From NCBI RefSeq assembly GCF_006345805.1, contig NC_042999.1, positions 11,284,001-11,348,000 of the forward strand: a stretch of 64,000 bases of DNA. The letters are read 5' to 3'. Source of the DNA: Octopus sinensis. Its lineage: Eukaryota. This document shows, piece after piece, positions 36,669-50,869 of this stretch; position 1 is the stretch's first letter, and each line of letters begins with the position of its first letter. The notes below the pieces were generated by a model. That model saw nothing but the letters and a program-made list of their open reading frames with translations. It was not told the origin of the DNA and did not search any database. A program made the position numbers and the translations under genes.

Positions 36669-37946
36669 AAAGCATTCCCTTCGTTATGTTCATCAAAGCT
36701 GATCACACCAATATGAAGCAGTTATTGACTTTTTATGTCAGGGAAACCTTTTGTAGCAGGTGGATGAGTTTGACATCTTACACTTGGACATCTTGTCACC
36801 AACATCTCCTTTCCAGCTACTCTCTCACTCACTCTCATCCAATGCATGGTGGCTATGTATCTCTTTTATGGCCAGGCTCCTGTAGCTGTCTCTCTATCAT
36901 ACTTTAGCCTCTCAACATCTGGCAGAAACACCACTTCTTTACTACCACACCCTCTACTCTACTCAGTCAAAGTATCTTTTTTTCTGTCTTTACAAGCTGC
37001 TTGGAAAGGAAATAAAAGCATGCAGTACGGGCTGCAAAGTAGTTGACATAACACAAAGGACATCCAACCGTCGAAAGCCTGGCAAAGAGGATAAAGGACA
37101 TCCAACCGTCGAAAGCCTGGCAAAGAGGATATGGGACATCCAGCCGTCGAAAGCCTGGCAAAGAGGATATGGGACATCCAGCTGTCGAAAGCCTGGCAAA
37201 GAGGATAAAGGACATCCAGCCGTCGAAAGCCTGGCAAAGAGGATAAAGGACATCCAGCCGTCGAAAGCCTGGCAAAGAGGATAAAGGACATCCAGCCGTC
37301 GAAAGCCTGGCAAAGATGACGTTGAAGCTTGATGACGTCTTATGGCTCACTGGATCCAGTCAAGCCACATCCAAGCCATGCCAGAATGAAAAGCAGATGT
37401 TAGACAATGATGAAGACAACGAAGATGACAATGATGACGAAACTAACAAGAATACTGATAACAAAATCCAAAATGGCAGAAACCAAAGAAAATCTAGAAT
37501 TTTAACTCAACTTGAGATATTTTTTAAAATTATTTTTGGAAAGAATATTGTACAAATTCAGAATCAGTAAATTTACCCCCCAGAGCTCAGTCCACTCCAG
37601 TTTGTCCCTACTCCCTGTTGTAACATGTTCGAATTTGAAATCCAGCTGATAAAATCTATAAAACAGGGTTTCAGTTTCAAAACAGTCATTTGATATAATT
37701 AGATAATCTACAAATATGTAAAATTAAAAATTCATTATTTTCTCTCGTTAGTGATTGTGCATCTAAACAGCATCTAATGGATTTGTAACTCATCCACCTG
37801 CTACAGAAAGGTTTCCCTGGCATAAAGAGTCAATAACTGCTTAGGAAAGAGATTGTTTTGTGTTATTTGTAACATTTAGTTACCATGGTTACTTGCGTAT
37901 TAGTTGGTGTGATCAGCTTTGATGAACATAACGAAGGGAATGCTTT
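36669..37946. repeat. Inverted pair of about 100-bp arms (36669-36769 / 37787-37946)
   Basis: AAAGCATTCCCTTCGTTATGTTCATCAAAGCTGATCACACCAA... is mirrored; the right arm has about 55-60 extra bases. Confidence 0.85.
37055..37316. repeat. 38-bp minisatellite, about 6.9 copies (AAAGGACATCCAGCCGTCGAAAGCCTGGCAAAGAGGAT)
   Basis: Units start every 38 bp from 37055. Confidence 0.97.
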
Positions 37947-39652
37947 AAACGAGGTGGTGGTTGGGGTCAGATGCGTGAAAGGGTTCTTCCCCGAAACCTT
38001 TTAGGATTTGCTTTGGTGCAGATTAATTTTATCTGCATAAAGGGAGAGGGCTGATGAGATGGGGTGTCAGGACAGACTTCACTTACTTTAAGGGGACACC
38101 TGACACATCGTCTCCTAATTTCTTCTCTCTCTCCAGCTGAGGTAGCCATGTATCTCCTCTACAGCAGGAAACCTGCTTCTGTCCTTCTCAATATCTGACA
38201 AAGTACCCCCCTCAACTCTGCAGCCCCACCCTGTAAAAGGGGTCTTACAAGCCAATTGATGATCTTGTTAGTGCCAGTGCCATGAAAACAAAAAGCACCC
38301 AATACATTCTATAGTGGTTGGCATTAGGAAAGGCATCCAGCCATAAAAATCAAGACAAATGAAGCATACAACGGTAGCCCTTAATGCAACCATGCCAAAC
38401 CAGACATCGGAGCTCAATCAGTCTTCTGACTCGTTGGATCCTGTGCAACCATCCAGCCCCTGCCAACATGCATCATAAGCATTAAATAACCATGATGAGG
38501 AGGAGGAGGAGGTGTGCCGGGGAACACAAAAAAAGCTGGTATCTTGTGTCTTTATTTTAGATAACTATTTACTTATGTATAAGTCGTACCCCTAATTTAG
38601 TGTTAAATCTTGTTACAAAACCTTTCCCTTCATAGCTCTAGCTTTGTCCCATGGATAAATTGTACCCTAGTTTTTCTATTGAGTTAAAATCAAGAATAAA
38701 AACCGTATACCTTATATGCAAGTATGTACAGGAACTCATTATTTCATGCATTTATTGCCTGCTATCGAAATGTAATAAAAAAAAAAAAAAAGCTTAGCCC
38801 TTGACCTTTATTAAATACTTTTATTAAAAACAGCAGAGCCATAAAAACATTGGCAGAAACAGCCAAAAAAAGTTCCAACTGGATTTGGTTAAGGGGGAAT
38901 GGAAGTGAACTTTAAAAAACATAATTTACCCTACAATACAACTGGTATCTCAGACAAAGTGGTTACATCAAGGGTACCATGGCTCTAAAGTACTTTAACA
39001 CCCAGGGGAGTTGCAATGCAAACGGTACCACAGGATGTGGTGGCAGAAAGGTACTCAGGAGTCATGAACTGGATATGGCCTCACCCCGCTTGGAGCGTAA
39101 GGAGTTAAGGGCCAAAACATTTGCAGGAGGAAATGGGATTCCTCTCTGGGGGACTTCTTGCTCTTCAACTCTCTCTCCACCAGTTCTTACTATCTCATTG
39201 TTTTCTTCCTGAAAAGAAGAAGAATGGTATCCTTTTGGTATTTGGTCGGCAGAAACAAACTGCCAGGTTAATCACACTTTCCAATAAATTGGTTCTGTGT
39301 TTATAATTTAAACTGCTATGGTTATGTGGTTAAGAGGTTTGCTTGCTAAGCACATGGTTTCCGGTTTGGTCCCCTCAGATGCTGCTTTGGGCAAGTGTCT
39401 TCTACTACAACTCCAATCTTAAACAAAGCCTTGTAAGTGAATCTGGTAAATGAAAACTGAAAGAAGCCCATTGTGTGTGTGTGTAGTCCATTTCCAATCT
39501 TCAGTAAAACATGTCTTGGCCATGGGGAAATATTACCTAGCTTGGAAACAGCTGAGGACGGGTGACAGGAAGAGCATCCAACTGTAAAAAAAAAATCTCT
39601 CTCAACAAAGTCCTGTCTGATTCAATGCAAGCATGGAAAAGGGGACATTTAA

Positions 39653-40096
39653 CCCTTCAGCATTCAGATTATTATGCTTCATCCTTTAGCTTTGAGATTT
39701 CAGTGATAGTTTATTTATTAGAATGACATTGTAAGGTAGGAGTGGAGGCACATGGCTTAGTGGTTAGGGTTTTGCACTCAAGGTTTTAAGATTATGGTTT
39801 CAATTCCTGGACCAAGCAACACGTGTTCTTGAACAAAACCCTTCATTCCATGTTGCTCCAGTCTACTCAGCTGGCAAAAAACAGTAATCCTGCGACAGAT
39901 CGGCATCCTGTCCCAGGTGGGGAATATATACGCCACAGAAACTGGGAAACTGACCCTTAAGGGCTTGGCACGGCTTGAGAAGGAAACATTGATTTTATTT
40001 ATTGTAGGGTAGGTGTGAGAGGCCAAACTCAATTGGTTTGAACACATAACAGGTAGAATATTTGAGCCGGATATGGCTGGTTTAAATGCTAAAAGG
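39653..40096. mobile_element. piggyBac-like MITE interrupted by a SINE
   Basis: TTAA at 39649-39652 and 40097-40100; homologous to 18172-18375, with a SINE inserted at about 39742-40000. Confidence 0.7.
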
Positions 40097-41188
40097 TTAA
40101 ATGATGATGATGATTACCTGAATAATCATGGAATTTCACAGTTGAAGGATTAACCAATAAAACCCTAAGAAAGAATCCTCTACACACACATCCAAGATCT
40201 CTCTCAAACATTCAGTACTCAGAGTGACAACCACATTTACAACAGAGTGAAACTGGTTTCTCAATGCATTGTAATTTGGTAAGTAAACTCTGAGTTCAAA
40301 TCTCATCAAAGCCAACTCTGTCTTTCATCCTTTCAGGGTCAAAGTACCAGTCAAATACTGGGGTTAATGGTATCTACTAACTGACTACCCTCAAAAATTG
40401 CTGGCCTTGTGCCTAAATAAACATATGTTGAAGGTCACACTTCACAGATAAGTTTACAAAAAGACCAAAACAGTCAAAATAATTTGCAACAATGACTCGG
40501 GTTTTTTTGTTTCGTTTTCCTTATCACCAAATCATAACGAGTTGACTCTTAAAACTCTTTACATTAAATAGATGTTGACATAACTAGACAGACACCAGTT
40601 GGCCAACACTTTCAACAAGAAATTTCAAGACATTTTGAACAAATTCTAGAGCAAAATTGTTTTCAATTTTGTAATTTCACTCAAATAATTTCATTAATAC
40701 CCAGATATTTAGCCAAAAGTTAAAAGTGGATACCTGAGTCAAAACATAGTTAAGAACGTGACAAAGACTGACAACATCCTATGCAATGCTGACACACAAG
40801 AATTCTACCTAATTCCTGAGTTTAGTTGACAAAGCAAATCTGAAAGGTCTTTGAACCTAACTATCCTCATGACCTCACCTACAGAGAACCCCTTAATACA
40901 TAGTCTTCGACTTAATTTTTTCATAAATTAAAGAATCCTTCTCAAAGAGATCGTAATTTGGAATTGCTAAGTATCACAATTATATTTATAGCATGAAATT
41001 CTAACTAATCTTCGAATGCCTCCATCTCTGCTATGTGCCTACTTTGTGCCCTTGCAAGGAACATGACAGAGTGATAGAATAATAAGACTAGAGGCAGAAC
41101 CCTCAAAGCTAAGAGACATCTCTGAAATGACTTGAAAAGAACAACAGAGAAAAGGATCAAAAAGTAGGGAGCAAGATGTCTTATTCTA

Positions 41189-42117
41189 TTGGCTCATCCC
41201 ATAAATAATGCAGTGTTTTTCAATTGCATGAACTAAAAGTTGGAGAGTGGACAGGATAAACTATCTGCATCAACTTGCTATAAAAGCAGGTAGTAATTTT
41301 AACTCCTGCTTATTCTTAGTGCAAGTTTTGAAGAGTGCAGTTCGATTTTAACAGTTATTTTTTCAAAGCTATAAATGGAAGTGGTAAAGGAGCACATTTG
41401 GCATATTTTGCTTTGAGTTCAATAAAGGCAACAACACAATGGAAAGTGTGAGGAATATTGATGCAGTAAATGGGGATTGGACAATAAGCGTAAGCCAGAG
41501 TCAACGGTGGTTCTAGAAATTCCAAGCCAGAAACTACAGCCTTGAAGATGAGTCTCATCCTGGAAGATCTGTAAAGCTTGACAAAGATGTCCTGCAAACC
41601 CCGGTGGAACAAAAGCCCATCATAACTGTTGAGGAACTAGCAGAGAAGCTTGGATTTGGTCATTCAACCATTCATCAACACCTGCATGCCATTGGAAAAT
41701 GACCATCTTTGGTTTCAAGACAAAAGGTGTTTTTCCACCAGGATAATGCTTGGCCACAAACAGCAAGGAAGAGATTCCAAAAGCTGCAGCAGTTTGAATG
41801 GGAAACGATGCCCCACCCACCATATCCACCAGACATTGATCCATCTGATTATCATTCATTCCGCAGTCTTCAAAATCATTTGGATGAAAAAAATATGAAT
41901 TCTGTAGACAAGGTTAGAACAGTACTGGAAGAGTATTTTTCAGCATGGACAAGTGAATTTTGCAAGAAGAGCCTTGCAAGTCTACCAGATAGATGGAAGA
42001 GCATTGTAGAAAATGGAGGAGAGTATAATTTTAGATTAAAAAAAGAACTTTGTTTATCTCAATTTTGAGAAATAAAGGAAGTATTAAAAAAACTGCATTA
42101 TTTATGGGATGACCCAA
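41189..42117 (+). mobile_element. Internally deleted mariner transposon
   Basis: About 26-bp TIRs (TTGG(C/G)TCATCCCATAAATAATGCAGT) flanked by TA. HTH remnants, then HQDNAWPQ...HPPYPPDIDPSDYHSF; the segment with the first catalytic Asp is absent. Confidence 0.92.
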
Positions 42118-42479
42118 TACATAAGAAGCCAAAAGTAAGAGGTCTGTATATGTGATGTGACATGAATAACAGAGATGAAGTGTCCCAGAAAACAGGGCAA
42201 CATACTAAGGAGATTTGAAAGAAGATTTGAGAGGAATCTATTAAGAATGGAAGTTGTGTGGTTGCCTTGATGGAGACGAAAAAGAAAGAAATCTGGAAAT
42301 GCTCTGAAAGAAAGGTTGAGGAGAATGGACGAGACTGAAGCAGACTCAAAGAGGTTCAACTGTCAGACAAGTGAGACAACAATACGGTATATCGTCATCA
42401 TCATCATTATCATGGTATAAAGTGTGACAAAAAACTTGGAGGAGGAGAGAGAGCAGCTGGATCATTGGAGACAGTTGCT

Positions 42480-43270
42480 GAGAATATCTGACCAAGCAGG
42501 ACAAGTGGCAGCCAATTCGAAAGGGGTCGGGTTTAATGACTGCTATAGCAGTATGATTGTTAACTGTTACAAGAGCAAAGGTGTTGGTCTTGGAAGCAGC
42601 TACAAAAGCAAATGACTGAACCAGCTTAATGAAAATTATAGAAAATATTATAGCAGAACTAATTAAGAAGAGAATTAGCATTGGTGAAACGTATCTCAGG
42701 TTTGTGCTAGAAAGAATTACTCCTCTTCCTAGTGAGGCACCCACCCACTGAAGGGCTTAGGAGTAAACCATCCTTTCCTAGCAATCATTGGGTTGGAGAA
42801 AGCTCTTACCAAGTTCCATGCTATCATCGGGTGGCCATTGAAGTAAACCAAAAGCAAAGAAATGGCTTGTGAGGGCCATGGAATTCATGCAACAAATTTA
42901 GCAAGCAGTAAGGGGTCTGCTAGGGCTCAGTTATCAGTCCCCTATGCCAAAACAGAGAAATTCATAACTGATTGTTTAGGGGGTGTTTTGTATGCTGATG
43001 ACCAAATTCCTATCTGAAGGAATCTTTTCTAGATCTTATCTGGCAAAATCAGAGAAATTCAAAATAAGGAAGTAAATTTGTCAACAAAATTTTAGTCAGA
43101 AGGGATGAAGACACGACCCTTTAGCTAGCAAGTGTCATGTCTTATTCCCTATTTACTAAAATTAGGGAACATCAAAGTAATGTTTAATATTGAGAAAAGG
43201 AGAAGATTGTAATTCCATACAAGTGCAAAGAATGGATGTTGAAGAAGTGTAGTGACATCACAGAGTGTGA
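42480..43270 (+). mobile_element. Highly decayed RTE LINE remnants
   Basis: Patchy similarity to the RTE copy (SSMIVNCYK near 42550, LYADD near 42990). Confidence 0.5.
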
Positions 43271-43791
43271 CAGGGGAGGGGAACTGTGTGTGTGTGTGAG
43301 GTTGCTCTTGAGGGCTACTGGTAACATGTAACCTAGTACAACCCGTTTCCTGGTCAGCACCACCAAGCCTGCTTGGTTCATGGATGGTTTTTGGACACCC
43401 TGCAGGATGAAAAACAAGCCCTGTCAAAGGATGGATGGACTCAGGAGAATCAATACAACAGAGAGTGAGGGACCCCTAACTGTAGTCACAGCAAGATTCT
43501 TGGAGAAGGACCTTGATGTAAAGCCTGCCCTTTCATGATTACTGGTTATTTTGCTTTGGTCTGTCATCAGCTCTCATCACACAATCTTATTGTACAAGTG
43601 TTTATCACTAGATTCCAATAACAGGTGTCTCTTTATGGTGACCTTATTTTGCCATTCCATCCACTGAAAGTTCTTTGACAAAGAAAGAATAGCAGCTGGA
43701 AGTGCACAGTTACGGCAGAGATCTGCAGTGGGACTGGATGGTCATCTGAGAGGTCGTGGACAGAAAGGTAGTTATGTCAATGAGGAATCAA

Positions 43792-44018
43792 AAAGACAGG
43801 GCAATCACCTGTAAAGACGGAGCAATCACCTGTAAAGACGGAGCAATCACCTGTAAAGACGGAGCAATCACCTGTAAAGACGGAGCAATCACCTGTAAAG
43901 ACGGAGCAATCACCTGTAAAGACGGAGCAATCACCTGTAAAGACGGAGCAATCACCTGTAAAGACAGAGCAATCACCTGTAAAGACGGGCAATCACCTGT
44001 AAAGACGGAGCAATCACC
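43792..44018. repeat. 21-bp minisatellite, about 11 copies (AAAGACGGAGCAATCACCTGT)
   Basis: Directly visible array; one unit is 20 bp. Confidence 0.97.
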
Positions 44019-47000
44019 ACGCATACATATAAGTAGGTAGGTAGCCTACAGATTCAGTCTTAGAATGAATCTGACCCTGTAACACTGGTTGCCAAGGGAA
44101 TGCATTATGACAGACCTTGTAGAACATGGTGGTGGGAAGGTGGTAAGTCAGTGGGAATTATAAACGATTTTTGTCTTCTTTTTTTAGAACCGCTCTGAAG
44201 AGCTGATTAAAGAGCAGATAATTCTTAAAAGTTACCTGATTGACTATATTGATTGATGAGATCTATAAACTGCTGACAGTGAAAGACAAATCGTAAATCA
44301 ATGTTCACTTAGCTGCTACAAAAGAGACATGATGCACTGATGCACTCCTTTGCCAGGTAACAGTATGGCGCCAGCCTCATTCTTGAGACGGAACATACAG
44401 ACATCCTCACTCCCATACGTAAACCTCCTACTCTGGATACGAGACATTTTAGCACAGCTGTTTTGGTACCACCAATTTGGCATCTCTGGACATCAGACAT
44501 TTTAAGGTTTTTCTCATGAGAGAGAGAGTATTTCTGTTTATGCCTTTGAGAAGAAGGGAAAGTGGTTGCGTCAAGTGTGTCCAATAAATAAATTGTAATG
44601 TCCCCCACCCGATCTCTCTCTTTCTGTTCAGGTGTGTAACAACATTTCTCTTTATGTATATAACGAGAAAGGAAAGTAACCATCATCATCATTTAATGTC
44701 TGTGTCCCCTGCTGGCATGGGTGGGACAGATAGATAGAAGCTGGCCAGGTAGAAGCCTGCACCAGACTTCTGTGACTGTTTTGGCAGGATTTTTACAACT
44801 GGATGCCCTTCCTAACACCAACCACAATGGACTTAGTGCTTTTTATGTGGCACAAGCAGAGGTGAGGTCAGTTTTGACAAGGTTTTTACAGCTGGATGCC
44901 CTTCCAAATGCCAACCACTCTGAGAGTGTGGACTGGGAGCTTTTTAAGTGGTGCCTGCACTGACAAGGTCACCAAGTACATTGCAAGACAAAAAGAAAGT
45001 GTTTACATTAAAAGTGTAATGTGTCTCTGCCTCTCTCTATCTGTATGTGTGTGTGTGTGTGTGTGTGTGTTTGCCTCCAGTGCCAAAAAGTCCTGTTGCC
45101 AAAACAGATTGAATGTCCTTCCAGCCGCACCAATCGTCTCAACTCACCCTCTTCCTCTGTGTAGAACCTGTCTCTACATTGAAACATTAGCCACAAAGCT
45201 TTAAGAATACATTTTGCTGCACCATCAATATAAAGCAGATTATATCTTATAAACCCACCTAACTATTGAGGCTGGTTGCAAAGATATTGCCATTTGTCCC
45301 CTGAAGGGATTCTGCAAGTAAATGTTAGAAGAAAATATAACCTCTATACTGAGAAGTTGATACAGAATTAAATCTGAACATTAAACCAGAGATACTCAAC
45401 CCTTGTATGCATGAGAGGAAATTTATTTTGAGACATTGGGTAACAGTGTAGTGATATGCTGCAGTAATTTATGTCTAATCTTTTATTCCATGACACAGTA
45501 AAAATGTGAACAATATTAAGGAAATGAAGGACACAAGAGTTTCACACAAATCCAAAAATGATATTTTAGTGTAGATTTACTGAACATTTAATAACGAAAA
45601 GTTGATTATGTTCACCTTAACTTCTGGTGTAAAACAGAAGTGATATGGAAGTATATTAGGAGCCACACACGTAAATAATGTTTATAAAATAAACTATTAA
45701 CAGTAATTAGCTGTTTAGCAATTAGTCAAATGTCATACTTAATTATTCACATTGTTTTGAATCAATAATCATGGCTTATCTCATAGCTTCAAGATTTCAA
45801 AGATGGGATTGTTTATTTTTAGAATGACATTGTGGGATAAGTGTGAGAGGCCTGATCCACCTGGTTGAAATATAAAACGGAGAATATTTTGGTTAGATTC
45901 TGTTTAAATGCTAAATGGTTAAGTCAGTTTAATCAATCTTAGTAGTCATCACGTGAAAACAATGTTTATGAAATAAACTATAAAACTAATTAAGTCAGTT
46001 TAATTAACTTTAATATTTTATGCATACAAAATGCGATTCATGTGACGTAACTCTGGAAGTAGACTTTGTCATCAACAGTAATATCAGAAAATATAACATA
46101 CAATGATTATAATTTGACTTTCATCAGATTTCTAGGGGCCTATAAAGACCCCCTTCAGTTATGATGACCATGGGATTGCTCCAAGAAAGTTCCCCTCCAA
46201 GACACAAGTCCAGGCAAAGTTGTTTATGGAAGGCCAGCAGTCAGCCATGCATACCAGCCACCCCTCTCCATACCACCAATGTTATCCAAGAGAAAGGCAA
46301 AGGACGATACAGTTTGGCACCAGTGACATCATTGCAACTCATTTCTACGGATGAGTGAACTGGAGCAACGTGAAATAAGGTGTCTTGCTCAAGAACACAA
46401 CACACAGCCCAGTCCAGAGATTGAACTCCCTACCTCATGATTGTCACCACTGAGCCATGCATCCTCAGTTGGTACTTATACAAAATGATGAAATACTAAT
46501 TTTCAAGGGAAAAATAGTACTTTAAATGAAATTTAAAATTTCTTGAGTAACACATCCCATAACTATTCTATTTACTTGCACTCCTCCTCTTCTTGTCCGA
46601 GTCCTTCTTTCTCATCATGCATGTGTGTGTGTGTGTGTATATAGTTTTCTATTATTCATTGCCTGCCACCAAGCCTCCTATGTGCAACTTTCACTCTCTC
46701 CTCTCTTATCTTTATAGTATGTAAAGTGTGACTCAAGAAACCAACCAACATTTATATGAGTTATTGCATAGATTATAAAACAGTAATTAGGTCATTTTAA
46801 TTAATCTTGATCATTACCATACGTAACAATGCTTATAATTAAATATCTTGTCTGTGACTAAAAACACTTGCATTCTTCAGATGTTCCAGACATGAACTCA
46901 AAGACCCCAGTATTTGAGAGGCTGTGGAAGCACTGAAAGAAAATCATGAGAAAACACCTACCACAAGGGTTTAAATTGCAACTGCTTCAGGTTTTTAATT

Positions 47001-50000
47001 GCTCAAACAATGTTGATTTAGTTAATAAGTAAAGCTGCTGTGTGTCCTTGCATGTGTGACAAGTCACGGCATGATTGCTTTGTTGCTTAAAGCACAAGAA
47101 TTTAGGTGACCCTTATAATAAAGGTGAGGTAAGGGTGGATGACATTTTAGGTCATACATCTGATTATTCTCACCTCAAGAATATTCTAATAAAAAAGAAA
47201 AGGATGGGGGGAGGGTAGAGAGGCTTTAAGGTAATTAACCATTAATTTAGTAGAGCAAAAACAGTCATTAACTTCACCGTTCTTAAACAGTAAGGACAAG
47301 AGATATAAATTAAGTAGGTTTTCAATTTTCTTTCAATTAACTCGGACTAGATTAGAAAGAAAAAGTTTCACACCTGTGCAGTTTCTAAGTGTTTCAGGAA
47401 CTGTTGTAGACTACAAGAATGCTATGACAACCTAGGTACTCTCTACACCAAGAACTTCACTGTGCTACAATAAGCAATGAAATGTAACTGGGGTATGTTT
47501 ATTAATAGTTAAAAGTAAGTTCTTTTTTAAGACAGTGATTTAAGCATCATTGGCTGTTATTTCTAGCAGGTTGAGTGACTATACAAGACAGTGGTCCTTC
47601 ACCCTTTGTAGCTCTGCATCCCTCCATGGCATTTCACAAATGTCCCACCAAATGAAATATTCAACATTATTTTTTATCAACAGAAATCAATTTCTTACAT
47701 TATCCCTTCCAATATGTGACCCCTTTTAAAATATTTGCGTAGACTGGTGGCCCATCTGTTGAATTTTCAAGGTAATTGCCAAAGGAAACAAGGATTTCTA
47801 GAATATAATGTTATTAGTCGTGTATCACCAGTCTTGTTTTCTGTCCAGTGAAGACACACAATGTCCTCTTGGATTTTAATCCGGTTGAAAACTTTTTCCT
47901 TGTTTAAATGTTTTAATAAAAAAAAAAATTTCAACATGCTCTAAACATGCAGCATCCTTTTTATGAACCACTGACATACAAAGAAGCTGCTTTGTTTGTT
48001 TGACCTGCTTGTAATAACAACCTAATCCCCCTCAAATCACACACTATCCTTTTAAACAGAGAAGGGCACAAACAAGAGACATTCTAAAAATCAGAATCGG
48101 ACGGCAAAGGCTGGAATAGCCTTGAGCTTAGTTAAGATCAACACAATCAGAACTGAGCTAGGCTTAAATATAACAACAAGACAACCATTGGAATGTAGAG
48201 CCAATCATCAAAGATTAAGGGCATAGCTACACATGTGAGCCTCCCCCCCCTCCCTGATGACTTTGTTCCCTCATAACTTTTTGAAAAATGTTTGGTGTAC
48301 ATTAGGATCTTATCAATATTTGTTGTGAGAAATTTTTTCAGAGGAACAGAGAGGAGTTTGGGGTAATTCACACACTTTGAGTCTGTTTTCTTCATATATT
48401 TTGATGAGGTGTGTCAATTCTCTCCTCATCCACATCAAATTCCGATATAATCCTAATCCACACCCTCTGCAAAGCATTTGTGAGAAATTTTATCTTAAAA
48501 TCTCCATTTATCAGAAAGTAAAAGAAAGAAAGTTGGGGCAAGGGGCACACATCAGTAATTGCGTTGGTTCAGGTTTTGCATCTAACTCTAAACCAGCAAC
48601 AAATGCAATGTTCCAGAAATCTAAAACTATTCTATGTATGGGGGAAGGAATGTCCATTGTAAAATTTCAAAAATTCCAGCCATTATTCAAAAGACATAGA
48701 AAGCACGTTTAATCCATACATTTTGGTGCAGTGGTCGTGATAGATTGGTCAAACAGGGTCTTATTAAGAGGAATATGGTCATGGCCCAGCACCAAAGAAT
48801 CTGATGACGCACAACAATTTCCAATATTATTTTTTAAGGCTACAGTGACCATTTTGTAAGTTATATATGCATTCTCTTGTAATGAGCATTTTAAGGAACC
48901 TCGAAGCAGTTACTCGACTAGCATGAAACTGCAGTCAAATCTCCCTTCTATCAAATCTTACCACCTTGAAAAGATAAACCTGCAGTTTAGGGTTTTTTTT
49001 TGTTTTTTTTTAATGTAATTGGCCAAAAGTGATGTCAATGAAAGTCCATAATTTCATGCAAACAATTTAACCATTAGGGAGAATGGGACAAGAGCAAGGC
49101 CGCCACTTCCTGTCGGTTCTTTCTGTAAACGGTTTATTACATTCTTCCCGTGTGGTAGTGATGGCCAACATGCATCGACATGCAAGGATTTTTCAGTGGT
49201 TTGTTCATTGCTAGACATAGTGCATAGGTGCACCTCAGTGGCTGCTATTTCTGAAATAGATTCATTGGGATGGTTTCCTAGATTCTCTGGGATGCCAGTC
49301 CACAGCAGACTAAACTCGTTTCTGCCGACTGAGTGGACTGGAGTAGCATGAAATGAAGCGTTCTACTCAAGAACACAACACACTGCCTGTTCCAGGAATC
49401 GAAACCACAATCTTATGATCAGGAGTCCAACACTGTTACCACTAAGCCGTTACCATGGCCAAACCATAATCCACCGATTTACCTGTCCATAAACAATATG
49501 AACTCTGATTAAATCAATGGCGTTCTCATTAGTTTGCAAGAATGCATTCTCAAAGAACGGTCCCAGGTTGGACAATTCAAAGTTAGGATTTTTTAACTTC
49601 CCAGTTAATTGCTGCAAGGACCTCAACAATTCCAATATGATGAGAATTCGGTTGACCGACATCAACTGGGTTACCTACTCCTGAATTCATGTCAAACTGG
49701 CTGAATATTCCACAAATACGTACACCCTTTAATGTAGTTCTTGGACATAATTAGCATTGAAGGAGGTAACAAGCCTGTACCAGGACAAATCTTCTATACA
49801 GTTTCCATTTATCTAATTTTACTTATAAGTCATGAATCAATCCAAGGTTATTGAAAATAACATCTAAGATGCTGCACAGCGGGATCGAACTCGGAACCTC
49901 GTGGTTACGAAGCGAACTTCTAAACCCTTCGACTATATTGCGCAATTTCAGTGCAGGATGTACCGAATGTAAACTGCAAGTGTGATAAATAAATTAATGG

Positions 50001-50869
50001 AAAGTTTATACACGCACACACACGAGAAAATCCGTTTTCTGTTAATCCCTTTTTCAAATTAAAATACCGTCTATTTGAAACAATAGCGGTGAAAATAGAA
50101 TTGAATTAAAAAAAAAAAAAATCAAACAACAGGTTATGAAATAACGATAGTGACTTCATTTAATCAATAACAAGTTTATTTCGTAGCCACACCCGACTAT
50201 TAATATCGATTAGGTGGAAATATCGAAGCGAGCTAACTACTCTTCCATATTCTGCGGGACAAAAGCTACTTAATATCCAACGTTGAATTAGAGTCAATAG
50301 AGGCCAGGATAGGTTTTTATAAAACAATTATTTCTGTGGTGGTGGATTTTTAAAAATAATTTAAGATATTTCTCCAACACAGATTGCAGAAACATTTATA
50401 ACAAAACTTAACCTTTTCCTTAAAATATTTCTGTTAAATAACATTGCCAAGGTTTCGATTAATTTTGAAAATAGTTTAGTAAAATAACTTTGTAATTAAG
50501 TTGGTGTTTTGAAATATAAATGAATGGAAATTTTGGAAGGTTTTAATTGAGACCAGATTAAAAGAAAGTTTGTTTCGAAAAAAGCAGAAGTGGTCCCTCG
50601 GTTGGGTTGGGTTGGTATTAAAAGGAGAGTTTCTCTTTAGACCTCAGAGACGGAGAAATTAGAAGCTCGGCCTTGATCGACAAGGAGGAGTGATTTGAAG
50701 GTGATTTGTCTTATTTCTAGCAGGTCGAAGAATAGTTGAAACTCACACACACACACACACACACACACACGTATATGCGAACGGTAGCTTAGCGTAGACG
50801 GAGTGACGGGGGCGGTTTCCCTGTCCACGGCAATTCTTATCACGGGCGTTGACAACTCACGCTACGCTA

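Noticed and set aside
37055-37316. CRISPR-like 38-bp repeats
   Set aside because: Head-to-tail units with no unique spacers, no cas genes, eukaryotic context; derived from the RTE 3' UTR.
43756-44040. ORF with AITCKDG repeats
   Set aside because: Translation of the 21-bp minisatellite.
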